NCBI GenBank assembly: GCA_019236675.1
Contig: JAFAIO010000144.1
Span: forward strand, 34-64,033
DNA from: Verrucomicrobiota bacterium
GTDB lineage: Bacteria > Verrucomicrobiota > Verrucomicrobiia > Chthoniobacterales > JAFAMB01
Reading direction: 5' to 3'
Length of the DNA: 64,000 nt
The notes beneath the pieces are model-generated. The model ran no database searches, had not been told where the DNA came from, and saw only the letters and a program-made list of their open reading frames with translations. Made by a program: the position numbers and the translations under genes. This document shows positions 9,669 through 18,113 of this stretch, piece by piece. Positions within the stretch are counted from its first letter, which is position 1. Every line of letters begins with the position of its first letter.

Positions 9669-10135
9669 TTATCTGTGGGTCGACGAAGGTTCAATAGCGA
9701 TCGTATCTCCGTCGGTGGTGACATTCTCCTGCGACGTCGACTTTAAGTTTCCGGCGTTTTTCGCCAGTTGCCGCATATTTTGAATCATCTGTGTTAGTTC
9801 CGGCCCCTGCTTAACGTAGGCATCGCCCAACTCAGCCGTCCAAGCCAGATTCTGGCTCATTTGTGCGTACCGCCGGAAACTCGGTGATGGCTCTGACGCC
9901 AGGATCCCATGGCTGCTTGTCTACCTCTTTGGCCAGTACATCGCCGGTTAGCCCCTGATGTTGCTGCATCCATTGATTGGCCTCCATCACTTCCGATGGG
10001 TAGGTAGCGGCCGCCAGGATCTGTCCAATCAGCGGATCGGGATAGAGCGCGATCGGGGCCACAAGTTCACGCAATTGTGCCGGACTCAGCTGCACGGCTT
10101 GCGGCGCTCGGCTGCGAAGCGGGTGTGGCAGTCGT
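9669..10135 (-). pseudogene. DUF3300-family gene remnant that is frameshifted and truncated.
   Basis: ORF 9832..10095 (LVAPIALYPDPLIGQILAAATYPSEVMEANQW...FPAV) and ORF 9669..9860 (MSQNLAWTAELGDAY...) are consecutive parts of one DUF3300-like sequence in two frames, with the shift near 9875-9885. There is no signal peptide upstream, and the frame opens only at about 10135. The C-terminus ends early. Confidence 0.6.
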
Positions 10136-10755
10136 CAGACAAACGATTACGGCATTTGAGACAAGAAACGGCCGTTCTCGAGGATTCGGGTGCATTTAAC
10201 TCACCAGACGATGAACACTGTGAATTCTGCTGCCAAAGAAGCGCAGCCAGAACCAAGACCCCGCCGAGTTAGGTACTGGCTGCTCTCATCCGTGGCGCTT
10301 CTGTCTTTTCTAGCGGGTTACTGCCTGGTAAAGTTCAGCGCCGAACCAACCCTAGATCCTGGCCAAGTAAGTTTAGCCGGCGAAAGTGTATCAAATCAAA
10401 GCACGCTTTCTTTTGATCAAGCCGTCCGGGCACTCAGTTTTCGACATTAGCAGGCACGTCACTCGCCCAGCACTGGGATCATTAAAGAGGGGTCACTATC
10501 ATCAATCACCTGGCCTATTCGTTCGGATATGACGATTCATGCTTGCAATCCAGTTTTATCACGGTTGACGCGATCCCTCCGGTCGTTGGCACATCGCCAC
10601 GTGGCCATGCGTTCGCTGACGTTATCTCACCGCAGAAATTCGGCTCCCGCTGCACACGTTCAACGAATTTTGCGTTTTTGGCGCCTGGCCCGCACCGCTA
10701 ACGCCAAGCGTTGCGGGCTCGGCTCTTTCGCGGCTATTTTCCATTGGAGTGGAAA

Positions 10756-11553
10756 ATGTCTGACCAAGTTTTATCGAGAAACAATTCAACCATTGCGATC
10801 ATTACCGGCGGTACCCAAGGTTTGGGGCTCGCCATCGCCAAGAGACTCGCGCAAGAAGGCGCGCCTGGAATCGTGATCACCGGGCGAAATCGTGACAGAG
10901 GAGAGAGCGCCGCTAAAGAAGTGCAGGCACTCGGTACAGAGTGTTTGTTCGTCTCAACGGACGTATCCGGCGTAGACGACTGCCATCGATTGATGGACGC
11001 CGCTCTCAAGAAGTTCGGTAGCCTCAACGGCTTGGTCAATTCCGCGGCGGCAACCGATCGCGGATCTTTGCTGGATACAACTCTTGAAATCTGGGACCGG
11101 CACTTCAACACTAACGTGCGCGGCCCATTTCTTTTGATGCAACGCCTGGCCGCCCACTTAGTTGAGACTGGTAAACCGGGAAGTATCGTGAACATCCTTT
11201 CGATGGCCGCCCATTGCGGCCAATCCTATTTGACGCCGTATTCAGCATCAAAAGGAGCGCTCGCGACCTTAACCAAGAACGTCGCGAATGCGCTTGCGGC
11301 CAAACGCATCCGCTGTAACGGCATCATGGTTGGCTGGATGGATACTCCGGGCGAAACTGCGACCCAGCAAAAATTCCATGGCGCCACTGATGACTGGCTG
11401 GCAAAAGCCGAAGCAACTCAGCGCATGGGCCAACTGGTTAAACCGGACCAGCTTGCAGGTCTCGTAACCTATATGCTCAGCCCGCAATCCGGCGTAATGA
11501 CTGGCGCTCTAGTGGACTACGATCAGAACGTCTCCGGCGCCTACCCGGAATGA
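10756..11553 (+). CDS. Short-chain dehydrogenase/reductase (SDR).
   Basis: It has the TGGTQGLGLAIAKRLA cofactor motif and the YSASKGA catalytic motif. The ATG at 10756 is preceded by GGAG. The track start at 10711 is probably too long. Confidence 0.85.
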   Translation: MSDQVLSRNNSTIAIITGGTQGLGLAIAKRLAQEGAPGIVITGRNRDRGESAAKEVQALGTECLFVSTDVSGVDDCHRLMDAALKKFGSLNGLVNSAAATDRGSLLDTTLEIWDRHFNTNVRGPFLLMQRLAAHLVETGKPGSIVNILSMAAHCGQSYLTPYSASKGALATLTKNVANALAAKRIRCNGIMVGWMDTPGETATQQKFHGATDDWLAKAEATQRMGQLVKPDQLAGLVTYMLSPQSGVMTGALVDYDQNVSGAYPE

Positions 11554-11664
11554 GTTCACCGTTCGCGGTTAGGGGTTGATCGTCCTCGTCCTCGTCGTCG
11601 TCCTCGAGAGGTTCTACTAGGAGTGGGGTGGAGTCGATTTTGCGGACAGTTCTCAGGCAGAGAT

Positions 11665-11744
11665 TTGTCCCGGAGGGACCAAGTGATAGTACAGTCCCGA
11701 AAGCTTTCGGGGCTGGCTACTATCATTCCGTCCCTCCGGGACAA
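11665..11744. terminator. Long imperfect hairpin between convergent genes (terminator or REP-like).
   Basis: The outer arms are TTGTCCCGGAGGGAC (11665-11679) and GTCCCTCCGGGACAA (11730-11744). The inner arms are GATAGTA..CCCGAAAG / CTTTCGGG..TACTATC. Confidence 0.45.
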
Positions 11745-11782
11745 CAGCTCGCGCGAACTCTTACCCAGCGAACTTCACGCGA

Positions 11783-13225
11783 CTACGGAACCCTGAATAT
11801 GTACACGGCGCCTTGGTTGCAGATGTCTGCATCCGGCGCATAAGCACCGGTCACGACGGTTTCTCCGGAAATGCCCGCACTGATCCCGAGCTGGAGCGCG
11901 CTTTCTGCGTTAGGATCGTACGCAATCCAATTCCAGTGCGAGGTATCGTGCCAGCCAGTACTTGGCTCTTTGTAGACAAAAAGCTCGCCGCCGTACCACG
12001 CGCCATTCGGGGGAGTAGCACCGTTTGCGCCAACCGCGATTTTATCCCCCTGAATCGCCACTCCAATTCCTACCGCGGGCGTACCATCTAAGACCTCGGC
12101 GGTAGCGGCAGTTAATTTGGCGGTCTGGGTGCCAGATTCCCAATGACTGCCCTTGCGATGAAACACATAGGCCGCTCCGTAATATTGGCCATTCACCAGC
12201 GCATAGGGACAACCGGCAACCAGGGTATCACCGCTGATACCCATACTATATCCCAAGTAACCTCCGTCAGGGTCTGACGGCTGCAGGGTCGCCGTCGGCT
12301 TATCGGTTGTCACCCAGCCTCCGGCCGGCTTTTCATAAATTTGAACCACACCAGAGTTCGGTCCACCGGTACCAACCGTAGCCAGAGGAGCAGCCACCGC
12401 GATCGTGTCGCCGCTAATGCCAATCTGGAACCCGAGGCTGTCTCCGGATCCTCCGTCGGTCAAAATTGCAACCGGCATAATATCACCGGTCCAACCTTGC
12501 TTCGGCTTTATGTAGATGGCGACGGCGCCGGCACTACCGATACCGGTGAAGGCGGTATCTACGCATTCAGCGGCGATCGTATCGCCATAGATGGCTATCC
12601 CTCCTTCACCCCCGAGCTGGAACCTAGCGCTAGGTGACTGCAGGCGAGCGCTTTCTGTCGTGGATTTCCAGCCGCTAGCCGGTTTGACGTAGACATACAT
12701 CTCCCGGGTATACGACCCATTGCCCATGTCGTACGCACACCCCAGAACGATGGTGTCGCCACTGATGCCAACCGCAAACCCCAAAGTTGGCCAGATCTGG
12801 GTTGAGGCATCGGAAGCAGACAGCTCGGCCACGGGTATCGGCAGGTGTGTGCCCCAGCCTTCCTTCGGTTCGACATAGACATAGCCCGCACCAACGTACA
12901 GTTGCCCGTTGACAGTGCGGTTTGGTTCGCCAGCAACAATCGTGTTGCCGTAAATGGCTAAACCATACCCAAAGTTTTGGTTAACTGCGGGCTCACTGTT
13001 CGGAGAGGTTAATATCTTCTCCTCGATTGCCCGACCGCTAGTCGATGGATAAATAGAGCCAAAAGTATTGACCTGCGTTCCGGCCGTAGCAGATCCGTCC
13101 GCAAATAGGGTACTGGGTGCTAATAGCAGAGAGACGGAGAGCAGTCTCCCGAGAAAAGCAATTTGTGGGCGCCGTCCCAGAACAGCGCTGTTGCTAACGC
13201 ATGATAGGAAAAACCGAGCCGCCAT
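11783..13225 (-). CDS. Secreted FG-GAP-type repeat protein (predicted 7-bladed beta-propeller).
   Basis: It has a signal peptide and seven repeats of the form G(Y/F)x(L/V/I)(A/G)I(S/Y)GDT(I/L)V.G, plus GAAYVF and GAVYIF strands. Confidence 0.8.
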   Translation of the reverse strand: MAARFFLSCVSNSAVLGRRPQIAFLGRLLSVSLLLAPSTLFADGSATAGTQVNTFGSIYPSTSGRAIEEKILTSPNSEPAVNQNFGYGLAIYGNTIVAGEPNRTVNGQLYVGAGYVYVEPKEGWGTHLPIPVAELSASDASTQIWPTLGFAVGISGDTIVLGCAYDMGNGSYTREMYVYVKPASGWKSTTESARLQSPSARFQLGGEGGIAIYGDTIAAECVDTAFTGIGSAGAVAIYIKPKQGWTGDIMPVAILTDGGSGDSLGFQIGISGDTIAVAAPLATVGTGGPNSGVVQIYEKPAGGWVTTDKPTATLQPSDPDGGYLGYSMGISGDTLVAGCPYALVNGQYYGAAYVFHRKGSHWESGTQTAKLTAATAEVLDGTPAVGIGVAIQGDKIAVGANGATPPNGAWYGGELFVYKEPSTGWHDTSHWNWIAYDPNAESALQLGISAGISGETVVTGAYAPDADICNQGAVYIFRVP

Positions 13226-13237
13226 ATCTATATTGTA

Positions 13238-13266
13238 CGGAAATAAAATTGAAAGTTGCGCGATTT
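13238..13266. promoter_or_regulatory. Conserved 29-nt block shared with 46796-46824 in the other sigma-divergent intergenic region.
   Basis: CGGAAATAAAATTGAAAGTTGCGCGATTT versus CGGAAAAAAATTTGAAAGTTGTGCAATTT gives 25 of 29 identical positions without gaps (my count). Confidence 0.35.
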
Positions 13267-13446
13267 AGCATCACTCGCCCGAAGCTCGTGACGGAATGCA
13301 CATGGCGGATCGCGAATGGCAAAGATTGCGCGCACTGAAATCTGGCCGCGTTCTTTTGCTATCTGCTATTCGGTAGCGAGCTTCAGGCCAGCCACCGCCA
13401 GCTTTGCCTTGATCCTCCGCCCCCCTGGGTTTTACTAAGGTTCGGC

Positions 13447-14193
13447 ATGGAAGGCTGGCTAAGCTCAAGCGCAGGGGGACAGCTCCGATTCGAGACCACG
13501 CATTGGAGCGTAGTCTGCGCTGCCGGCGGAGAAGGCGAGCAGCGCCGAGACGCGCTCGAAGACCTCTATCATCGCTACTGCTACCCGGTTTATTCCTTTA
13601 TTCGCCGGCGAGGCCACAACCGCCAGGATGCCCAGGACTTAACCCATGACTTTTTCATTTATCTCCTGGAAAAAGACGGGTTTAATCGGGCCGCGGCTGG
13701 CCAAGGCAAGTTTCGTACTTTTCTTCTTAGAGCATTAGAATTTTTTCTCAGCCATGCGGGCGAGCGCGCTCGCACTCAGAAACGAGGTGGCCGCACCAAA
13801 TTGGTGTTTCTCGACGACGAAGCCGCTGAAGGCGCTTATCAGCTAATTGATCCCGGTCTGACCGCCGAACAGCTATTTGATGCCCAATGGGCAATGATGT
13901 TGATCGAAAGCACATTCGCTCGCTTGAAACTGGAGATGGAACAGGCTGGGAGACGAGAGCTCTACGATCAGCTATCCGGATTTTTGCTGGGGGGCGAAGA
14001 GACCTCGTATGTTGAAGTAGCTCAACGAATCGGTCTTACCGTCGCAGCGACTAAAGCCGCGATTTATCGCTTGAGAGTTCGGTATCGCGAAATTTTGCGA
14101 GCCGAAGTCGCGCGAACCGTAGCCAGTTCCACAGATTTCGATGCCGAGATTCGCGCCCTCCAGGCCTCCCTCTTAAACGGCTCACAGGGCTAA
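13447..14193 (+). CDS. ECF-type sigma-70 family factor (sigma1), of the STK-linked class.
   Basis: It has region-2-like (DAQDLTHDFFIYLLEK) and region-4-like (YVEVAQRIGLTVAATKAAIYRLRVRYREILR) segments and the N-terminal leader MEGWLSSSAGGQLRFETTHWS. A kinase gene follows 110-116 nt downstream. Confidence 0.85.
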   Translation: MEGWLSSSAGGQLRFETTHWSVVCAAGGEGEQRRDALEDLYHRYCYPVYSFIRRRGHNRQDAQDLTHDFFIYLLEKDGFNRAAAGQGKFRTFLLRALEFFLSHAGERARTQKRGGRTKLVFLDDEAAEGAYQLIDPGLTAEQLFDAQWAMMLIESTFARLKLEMEQAGRRELYDQLSGFLLGGEETSYVEVAQRIGLTVAATKAAIYRLRVRYREILRAEVARTVASSTDFDAEIRALQASLLNGSQG

Positions 14194-14309
14194 GTACCGT
14201 TGCAACAACTTGAAGGTAGGCCGACTCCCGTCTTGCCAACCTCGGCCTTTTCCGATAAAACCCGCTCAGTTCGGGCGTTTTCGTTGGTGGAAATCAGGGA
14301 TTCTTGGCC

Positions 14310-17102
14310 ATGATTGTGCTTCCCGATCAAACTCGATGCCGGCGTTGTCACGGGACGATTAATCCTAAGCAGTCATACCATGGATACTGCCTTCCCTGCT
14401 TGTTGAACCCTGCGCTCGAATCTGAGCATTTGGCCGAGACGGAACAGACTAGCCGGTTTGAACCGTACGAAATCTTGAAGCATGCCGATGGTTCCCTTGT
14501 CGAGCTAGGTCGAGGATCAATGGGCGTAACCTACCGTGCGCTCGACACCAACCTGCAGCTGCCCGTGGCACTGAAGGTTATCGACTTTAAGGTGGCCGGT
14601 GAAGAAATAAACTGGGAACGTTTTCTACGGGAAGCCCGGGCGGCCGCCAGATTACGCCATCCGCATGTGGTCAATGTCCTCTACTATGGTCTGGCTAGTG
14701 ACGGCCAATGCTATTACGCAATGGAGTTGGTCGAGGGCGAAACGCTGGCCGAACGCGTTCGACGCAGCGGCCCTCTGCCAGTAGCAGACGCTTTAGAAAT
14801 CATCGCTCAGGTCGCAAGCGCACTAATGGCAGCCGAAAAACAGGGATTGGTGCATCGAGATTTAAAACCGGCGAATCTCATGTTGTTAAACGGGCCTGGC
14901 ATCAACGTCAAAGTGATCGATTTTGGACTCGCTAAGATCGTCGGCACTTCAGAACCATCCGATCGGATCACCCATCACGGTTTTATCGGCACCCCGGCTT
15001 TCGCCAGTCCCGAACAATTTTCAGGCAAAGAAACCGACCAGCGTTCGGACTATTTCTCCTTAGGTAGCACCCTGTTTTATTTGCTAACCAGTACGCCGCC
15101 GTTCAAAACCGATCGGGTCGCTGAGCTCGCGGGCCAGATGAACAATCGGGCCCGGCTGGTTGCCCGGCTCAAAGCCGCACGGATGCCGGTCCCGCTCCGG
15201 ACCTTGGTGCTTTCCCTTCTCAGCGCGGCTCCTGAGGACCGCCCGCAGAATGGACAAGCTCTGCTCGAAGCCATCACCAGAGCACGCCAAGGAACCAGAA
15301 GAACCAAACGGATCGCGGCCAAAACCTATTGGGCTGTCGCTACCGCGTTTGGACTGATTTTAGCAGCAACGATGTTCTGGTTTCAGCGTGGAATGGTCAC
15401 AAACAATAACTCCACCAGATCCATCGCGGTTCTGCCGTTCGATAATCTTAGTCCGACCCAAGACGACTCTTATTTCGCCGACGGAATCCAGGACGATATT
15501 CTGACCAACCTGGCAAAGATTGCTGATCTTCAAGTGATTAGCAGGAGCAGTGTTCGGGTTTACCGAGACTCCAATCGCCCCTCTCCGCGAGAGATCGGTC
15601 AAGCGCTGCACGTGCATTACCTTCTCAATGGCAGCATCCGGCGTGAAGGCAACAGGATCCGGTTAATAACCCAGCTCGAGGAAGCCCAAACCGGACGCGA
15701 GCTTTGGGCGGAACGTTATGACGGGGACTTAACCGATGTTTTCGCCATTCAAGCAGAATTGGCCGAGGCGATTTCGCAGGAACTACGCGTCAAGCTCTCC
15801 GTCGCCGAAAGAAATTCCATTGGCGACATCCCAACCCGTGATCTCGCCGCCTATGAGCTCTATCTGCATGCTAAAGAGCTGGTCGAGAATTACGATCATG
15901 ATACTCAAAGTCCGGAATCGCTCTTCAGCGTTGTCCGTCTTCTGGATGACGCGGTGCATCGTGACCCAAGTTTTGCGTTGGCCTGGTCTACTCTCGCAAG
16001 AGCTCATGACGATCTTTATTGGTACAATGGAGACCATACCGACGCCAGGCGGACCTCGGCGGAGACGGCTCTCCAGACTGCTCTGCGGCTTCGACCTGAT
16101 CTTGGTGAAATTCATCTTGGGCAAGCCCATCACCTTTTGGTCATTACCAACGATTATCCTGCAATTCGCCGCGAACTCGATATTGCCCGGCGCACGTTAC
16201 CAAATTCTGCCCAGCTCTACGGCTTGTTAGGAACTATCGCTTCGCGCCAAGGAGACTGGCTCGAAGCCATGCAGGATTACGAACGGGCTTCAACTCTGGA
16301 TCCCAGAAATATCCGCCTGATTGTCGCGCGAAACGGTATCTATGATTTTCATCGCCAATACGACCAAGTCCGCCTTTCGTTTTCTGATGCTGCCAGGCTG
16401 GGGGCCTCGGCTGAATCCATCGATTTCAAAAAGGCCTTAGTGAAGTGGCAAGAGAAAGGTGACACCTCGACACTTCATGCGCTTCTGGATGAACCAACCG
16501 GGCCGCTCCGAGCAGTCGGACTCGACACGCTCGTTAAAATCAATTGCGCCGTCGCCGACCGCGATTTTACTGCCGCGGAAAGAATTCTGGCGGCGGATCA
16601 CCAGCCGGCGTTTGAAGCTGAGACTAGAAAATTGGTGAGCCGCGATTTCGTCCTCGGCTGGGTCAAAAAGTCTGCCGGCGATGAGACGGCCGCCAAAGCC
16701 GCTTTCGAGAATTCGCGCCCATCGCAGCTCGCCTACGTCCAACAATGGCCGAATGAACCAAATCCTTTGATGTTATTGGCACTCAACGATGCAGCACTTG
16801 GGCGGACGGAAGACGCTTTGAAGGAAGGGCGCCACGCAATCGCGCTGCGACCGATCTCACAAGATGCATGCGACGGTCCTGTGTTGGCAGCCGATTTAGC
16901 ACAGCTTTACTTGTGGTGCGGCGAACGCGAGCTCGCAATCAAACAACTCGAGTCTTTGGAGCAAGTACCGCGTGCCCTAACGTACGGTGATCTAATGATG
17001 CCGGACTGGGATCCATTGCGCAACGACCCCCGATTCCAGAGGGTTGTATCTCAACTGAAGCCGATCCCGATCGTTAACCGGTCGGAGCCGGTGAAGAAAT
17101 GA
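14310..17102 (+). CDS. Transmembrane Ser/Thr protein kinase (STK1) with an N-terminal Zn-ribbon-like motif and a periplasmic sensor plus TPR-like region.
   Basis: It has a CxxC-x13-CxxC motif, kinase motifs HRDLKPANLML, DFGLAK and GTPAFASPEQ, and one TM segment. A SIAVLPFDNLSP...DGIQDDILTNLAK module and a helical-repeat C-terminus follow. The start is the ATG at 14310 (a TTG at 14304 is also possible). Confidence 0.9.
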   Translation: MIVLPDQTRCRRCHGTINPKQSYHGYCLPCLLNPALESEHLAETEQTSRFEPYEILKHADGSLVELGRGSMGVTYRALDTNLQLPVALKVIDFKVAGEEINWERFLREARAAARLRHPHVVNVLYYGLASDGQCYYAMELVEGETLAERVRRSGPLPVADALEIIAQVASALMAAEKQGLVHRDLKPANLMLLNGPGINVKVIDFGLAKIVGTSEPSDRITHHGFIGTPAFASPEQFSGKETDQRSDYFSLGSTLFYLLTSTPPFKTDRVAELAGQMNNRARLVARLKAARMPVPLRTLVLSLLSAAPEDRPQNGQALLEAITRARQGTRRTKRIAAKTYWAVATAFGLILAATMFWFQRGMVTNNNSTRSIAVLPFDNLSPTQDDSYFADGIQDDILTNLAKIADLQVISRSSVRVYRDSNRPSPREIGQALHVHYLLNGSIRREGNRIRLITQLEEAQTGRELWAERYDGDLTDVFAIQAELAEAISQELRVKLSVAERNSIGDIPTRDLAAYELYLHAKELVENYDHDTQSPESLFSVVRLLDDAVHRDPSFALAWSTLARAHDDLYWYNGDHTDARRTSAETALQTALRLRPDLGEIHLGQAHHLLVITNDYPAIRRELDIARRTLPNSAQLYGLLGTIASRQGDWLEAMQDYERASTLDPRNIRLIVARNGIYDFHRQYDQVRLSFSDAARLGASAESIDFKKALVKWQEKGDTSTLHALLDEPTGPLRAVGLDTLVKINCAVADRDFTAAERILAADHQPAFEAETRKLVSRDFVLGWVKKSAGDETAAKAAFENSRPSQLAYVQQWPNEPNPLMLLALNDAALGRTEDALKEGRHAIALRPISQDACDGPVLAADLAQLYLWCGERELAIKQLESLEQVPRALTYGDLMMPDWDPLRNDPRFQRVVSQLKPIPIVNRSEPVKK

Positions 17103-17204
17103 GTCGGAGAGGCCGCGCCGCGAGACTGATGTTGGCAACAGGTCTGCCGGCATTAGCCGTCCTTGTATTGCAATCTGGCGCTGATCGTAATACGCTACGA
17201 TGTC

Positions 17205-17444
17205 GTGAAAACGCTTGTGGTGCGAATTGATAACGATCTGAACGCCGAATTGACGAGACTGGCTAACCGACGGGGTTGGACAAAATCTGCTTTCGTTCGC
17301 GAAATGATTCGGCTGTCTCTCTCTTCGCAAACAGCGGCTAAAGGTTCCGCTTACGAAGTCATGCTGGGGGGCGTCGGCTCTATCCGAACTGGGCTCAAAG
17401 ATTTAGGGTCAAATCCGAAACATCTCGAAGGCTTTGGCCACTAG
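17205..17444 (+). CDS. vapB: Ribbon-helix-helix antitoxin (VapB/CopG-like).
   Basis: The sequence KTLVVRIDNDLNAELTRLANRRGWTKSAFVREMIR is RHH-like. The likely start is the GTG at 17205. The stop TAG overlaps the GTG start of the PIN gene by 1 nt. Confidence 0.7.
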   Translation: MKTLVVRIDNDLNAELTRLANRRGWTKSAFVREMIRLSLSSQTAAKGSAYEVMLGGVGSIRTGLKDLGSNPKHLEGFGH

Positions 17445-17863
17445 TGACTCGCGTGATCCTGGATACAGGTCCACTGGTGGCCTTACTAGATGAGAACGAG
17501 TCGTCGCATTCGTGGGCGGCCGAACAGCTCAAAACAATACAGATTCCCTTGATTACGTGCGAAGCAGTGATCGCCGAGGCTTGCTTCCTTTTGCGCTCTT
17601 TTCCCGCGGGAATAGCAAACATCGGCAACTGGATCGAGCGAGAATTCATCGAGCCGCGCTTTGATCTCGCCAGAGAAGCAGAGGCCACTTTCGCTCTCCT
17701 CAAGAAATTTTCCGATGTGCCAATGTCCTTCGCTGACGCGTGTCTGGTCCGCTTATCAACGCAGCATCCGGAACACAAAGTCTTCACCTTAGACAAAGAC
17801 TTTCTCATCTACCGAACAAGTCCGCGCCAACGAATCCCGGTTCTGATGCCTGGGGTTGAGTAA
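17444..17863 (+). CDS. vapC: PIN-domain toxin (VapC-like ribonuclease).
   Basis: VILDTGPLVALLD, a conserved acidic residue in CEAVIAEA, and FADACLV and FTLDKDF together match the PIN acidic quartet pattern. Confidence 0.85.
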   Translation: MTRVILDTGPLVALLDENESSHSWAAEQLKTIQIPLITCEAVIAEACFLLRSFPAGIANIGNWIEREFIEPRFDLAREAEATFALLKKFSDVPMSFADACLVRLSTQHPEHKVFTLDKDFLIYRTSPRQRIPVLMPGVE

Positions 17864-18029
17864 CTCGCCGAAGCCGCCCGTTTTTGCGTTTCCTAGGAAC
17901 CAGGCGATCGCCGGGATCACACGGGATCGCCGGTTTGTCCGATGAAGCCTCCGGGAGTCTCAGACGACAGGGCGAAGTCGGAGAACGACCAATCACCCAT
18001 TCGACGCGCCAGAGGCTTGCTCAGGGCGG

Positions 18030-18078
18030 CCTTTCACCTTTCACCTTTCACCTTTCACCTTTCACCTTTCACCTTTCA
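18030..18078. repeat. Heptanucleotide tandem array (CCTTTCA) x7.
   Basis: I counted seven perfect copies directly. Confidence 0.95.
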
Positions 18079-18113
18079 CTGCTCACTGCTCACTGCTCAC
18101 TGCTCACTGCTCA
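18079..18113. repeat. Heptanucleotide tandem array (CTGCTCA) x5 plus a partial copy; it contains the stop codon of the giant gene.
   Basis: I counted five perfect copies directly. The minus-strand TGA at 18104-18106 lies in the fourth unit. Confidence 0.95.

Noticed and set aside
10190-10450. An 86-aa ORF with one hydrophobic segment (YWLLSSVALLSFLAGYCLV).
   Set aside because: It could be a small membrane protein. However, I saw no RBS, no recognisable family and no supporting context, so it is not reported as a feature.
10529-10876. The 115-aa ORF and the 10711 start upstream of the SDR gene.
   Set aside because: The translation is Arg/Ser-rich. The SDR has a well-placed ATG at 10756 with GGAG upstream and begins directly with its cofactor-binding fold.
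11577-11610. The CGTCCT/CGT-rich low-complexity tract after the SDR stop, as a possible repeat feature or small Arg-rich ORF (11556..11744, minus strand).
   Set aside because: It is a short, imperfect trinucleotide bias. The ORF is RGRRRG-type low complexity that overlaps the hairpin region.
11783-13225. Whether the FG-GAP protein, or any other ORF in the window, could be the missing TpsB-type transporter.
   Set aside because: Its repeats are of the FG-GAP propeller type. No POTRA or beta-barrel signature, such as alternating amphipathic strands with a C-terminal aromatic residue, is seen here or in any other ORF.
18079-18113. Phase variation of the giant exoprotein by slippage of the CTGCTCA heptamers at its stop codon.
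   Set aside because: The reading frame enters the array from the 18113 side and reaches TGA within the first two units. Changing the copy number of the remaining units would not change the protein. At most the first unit matters.
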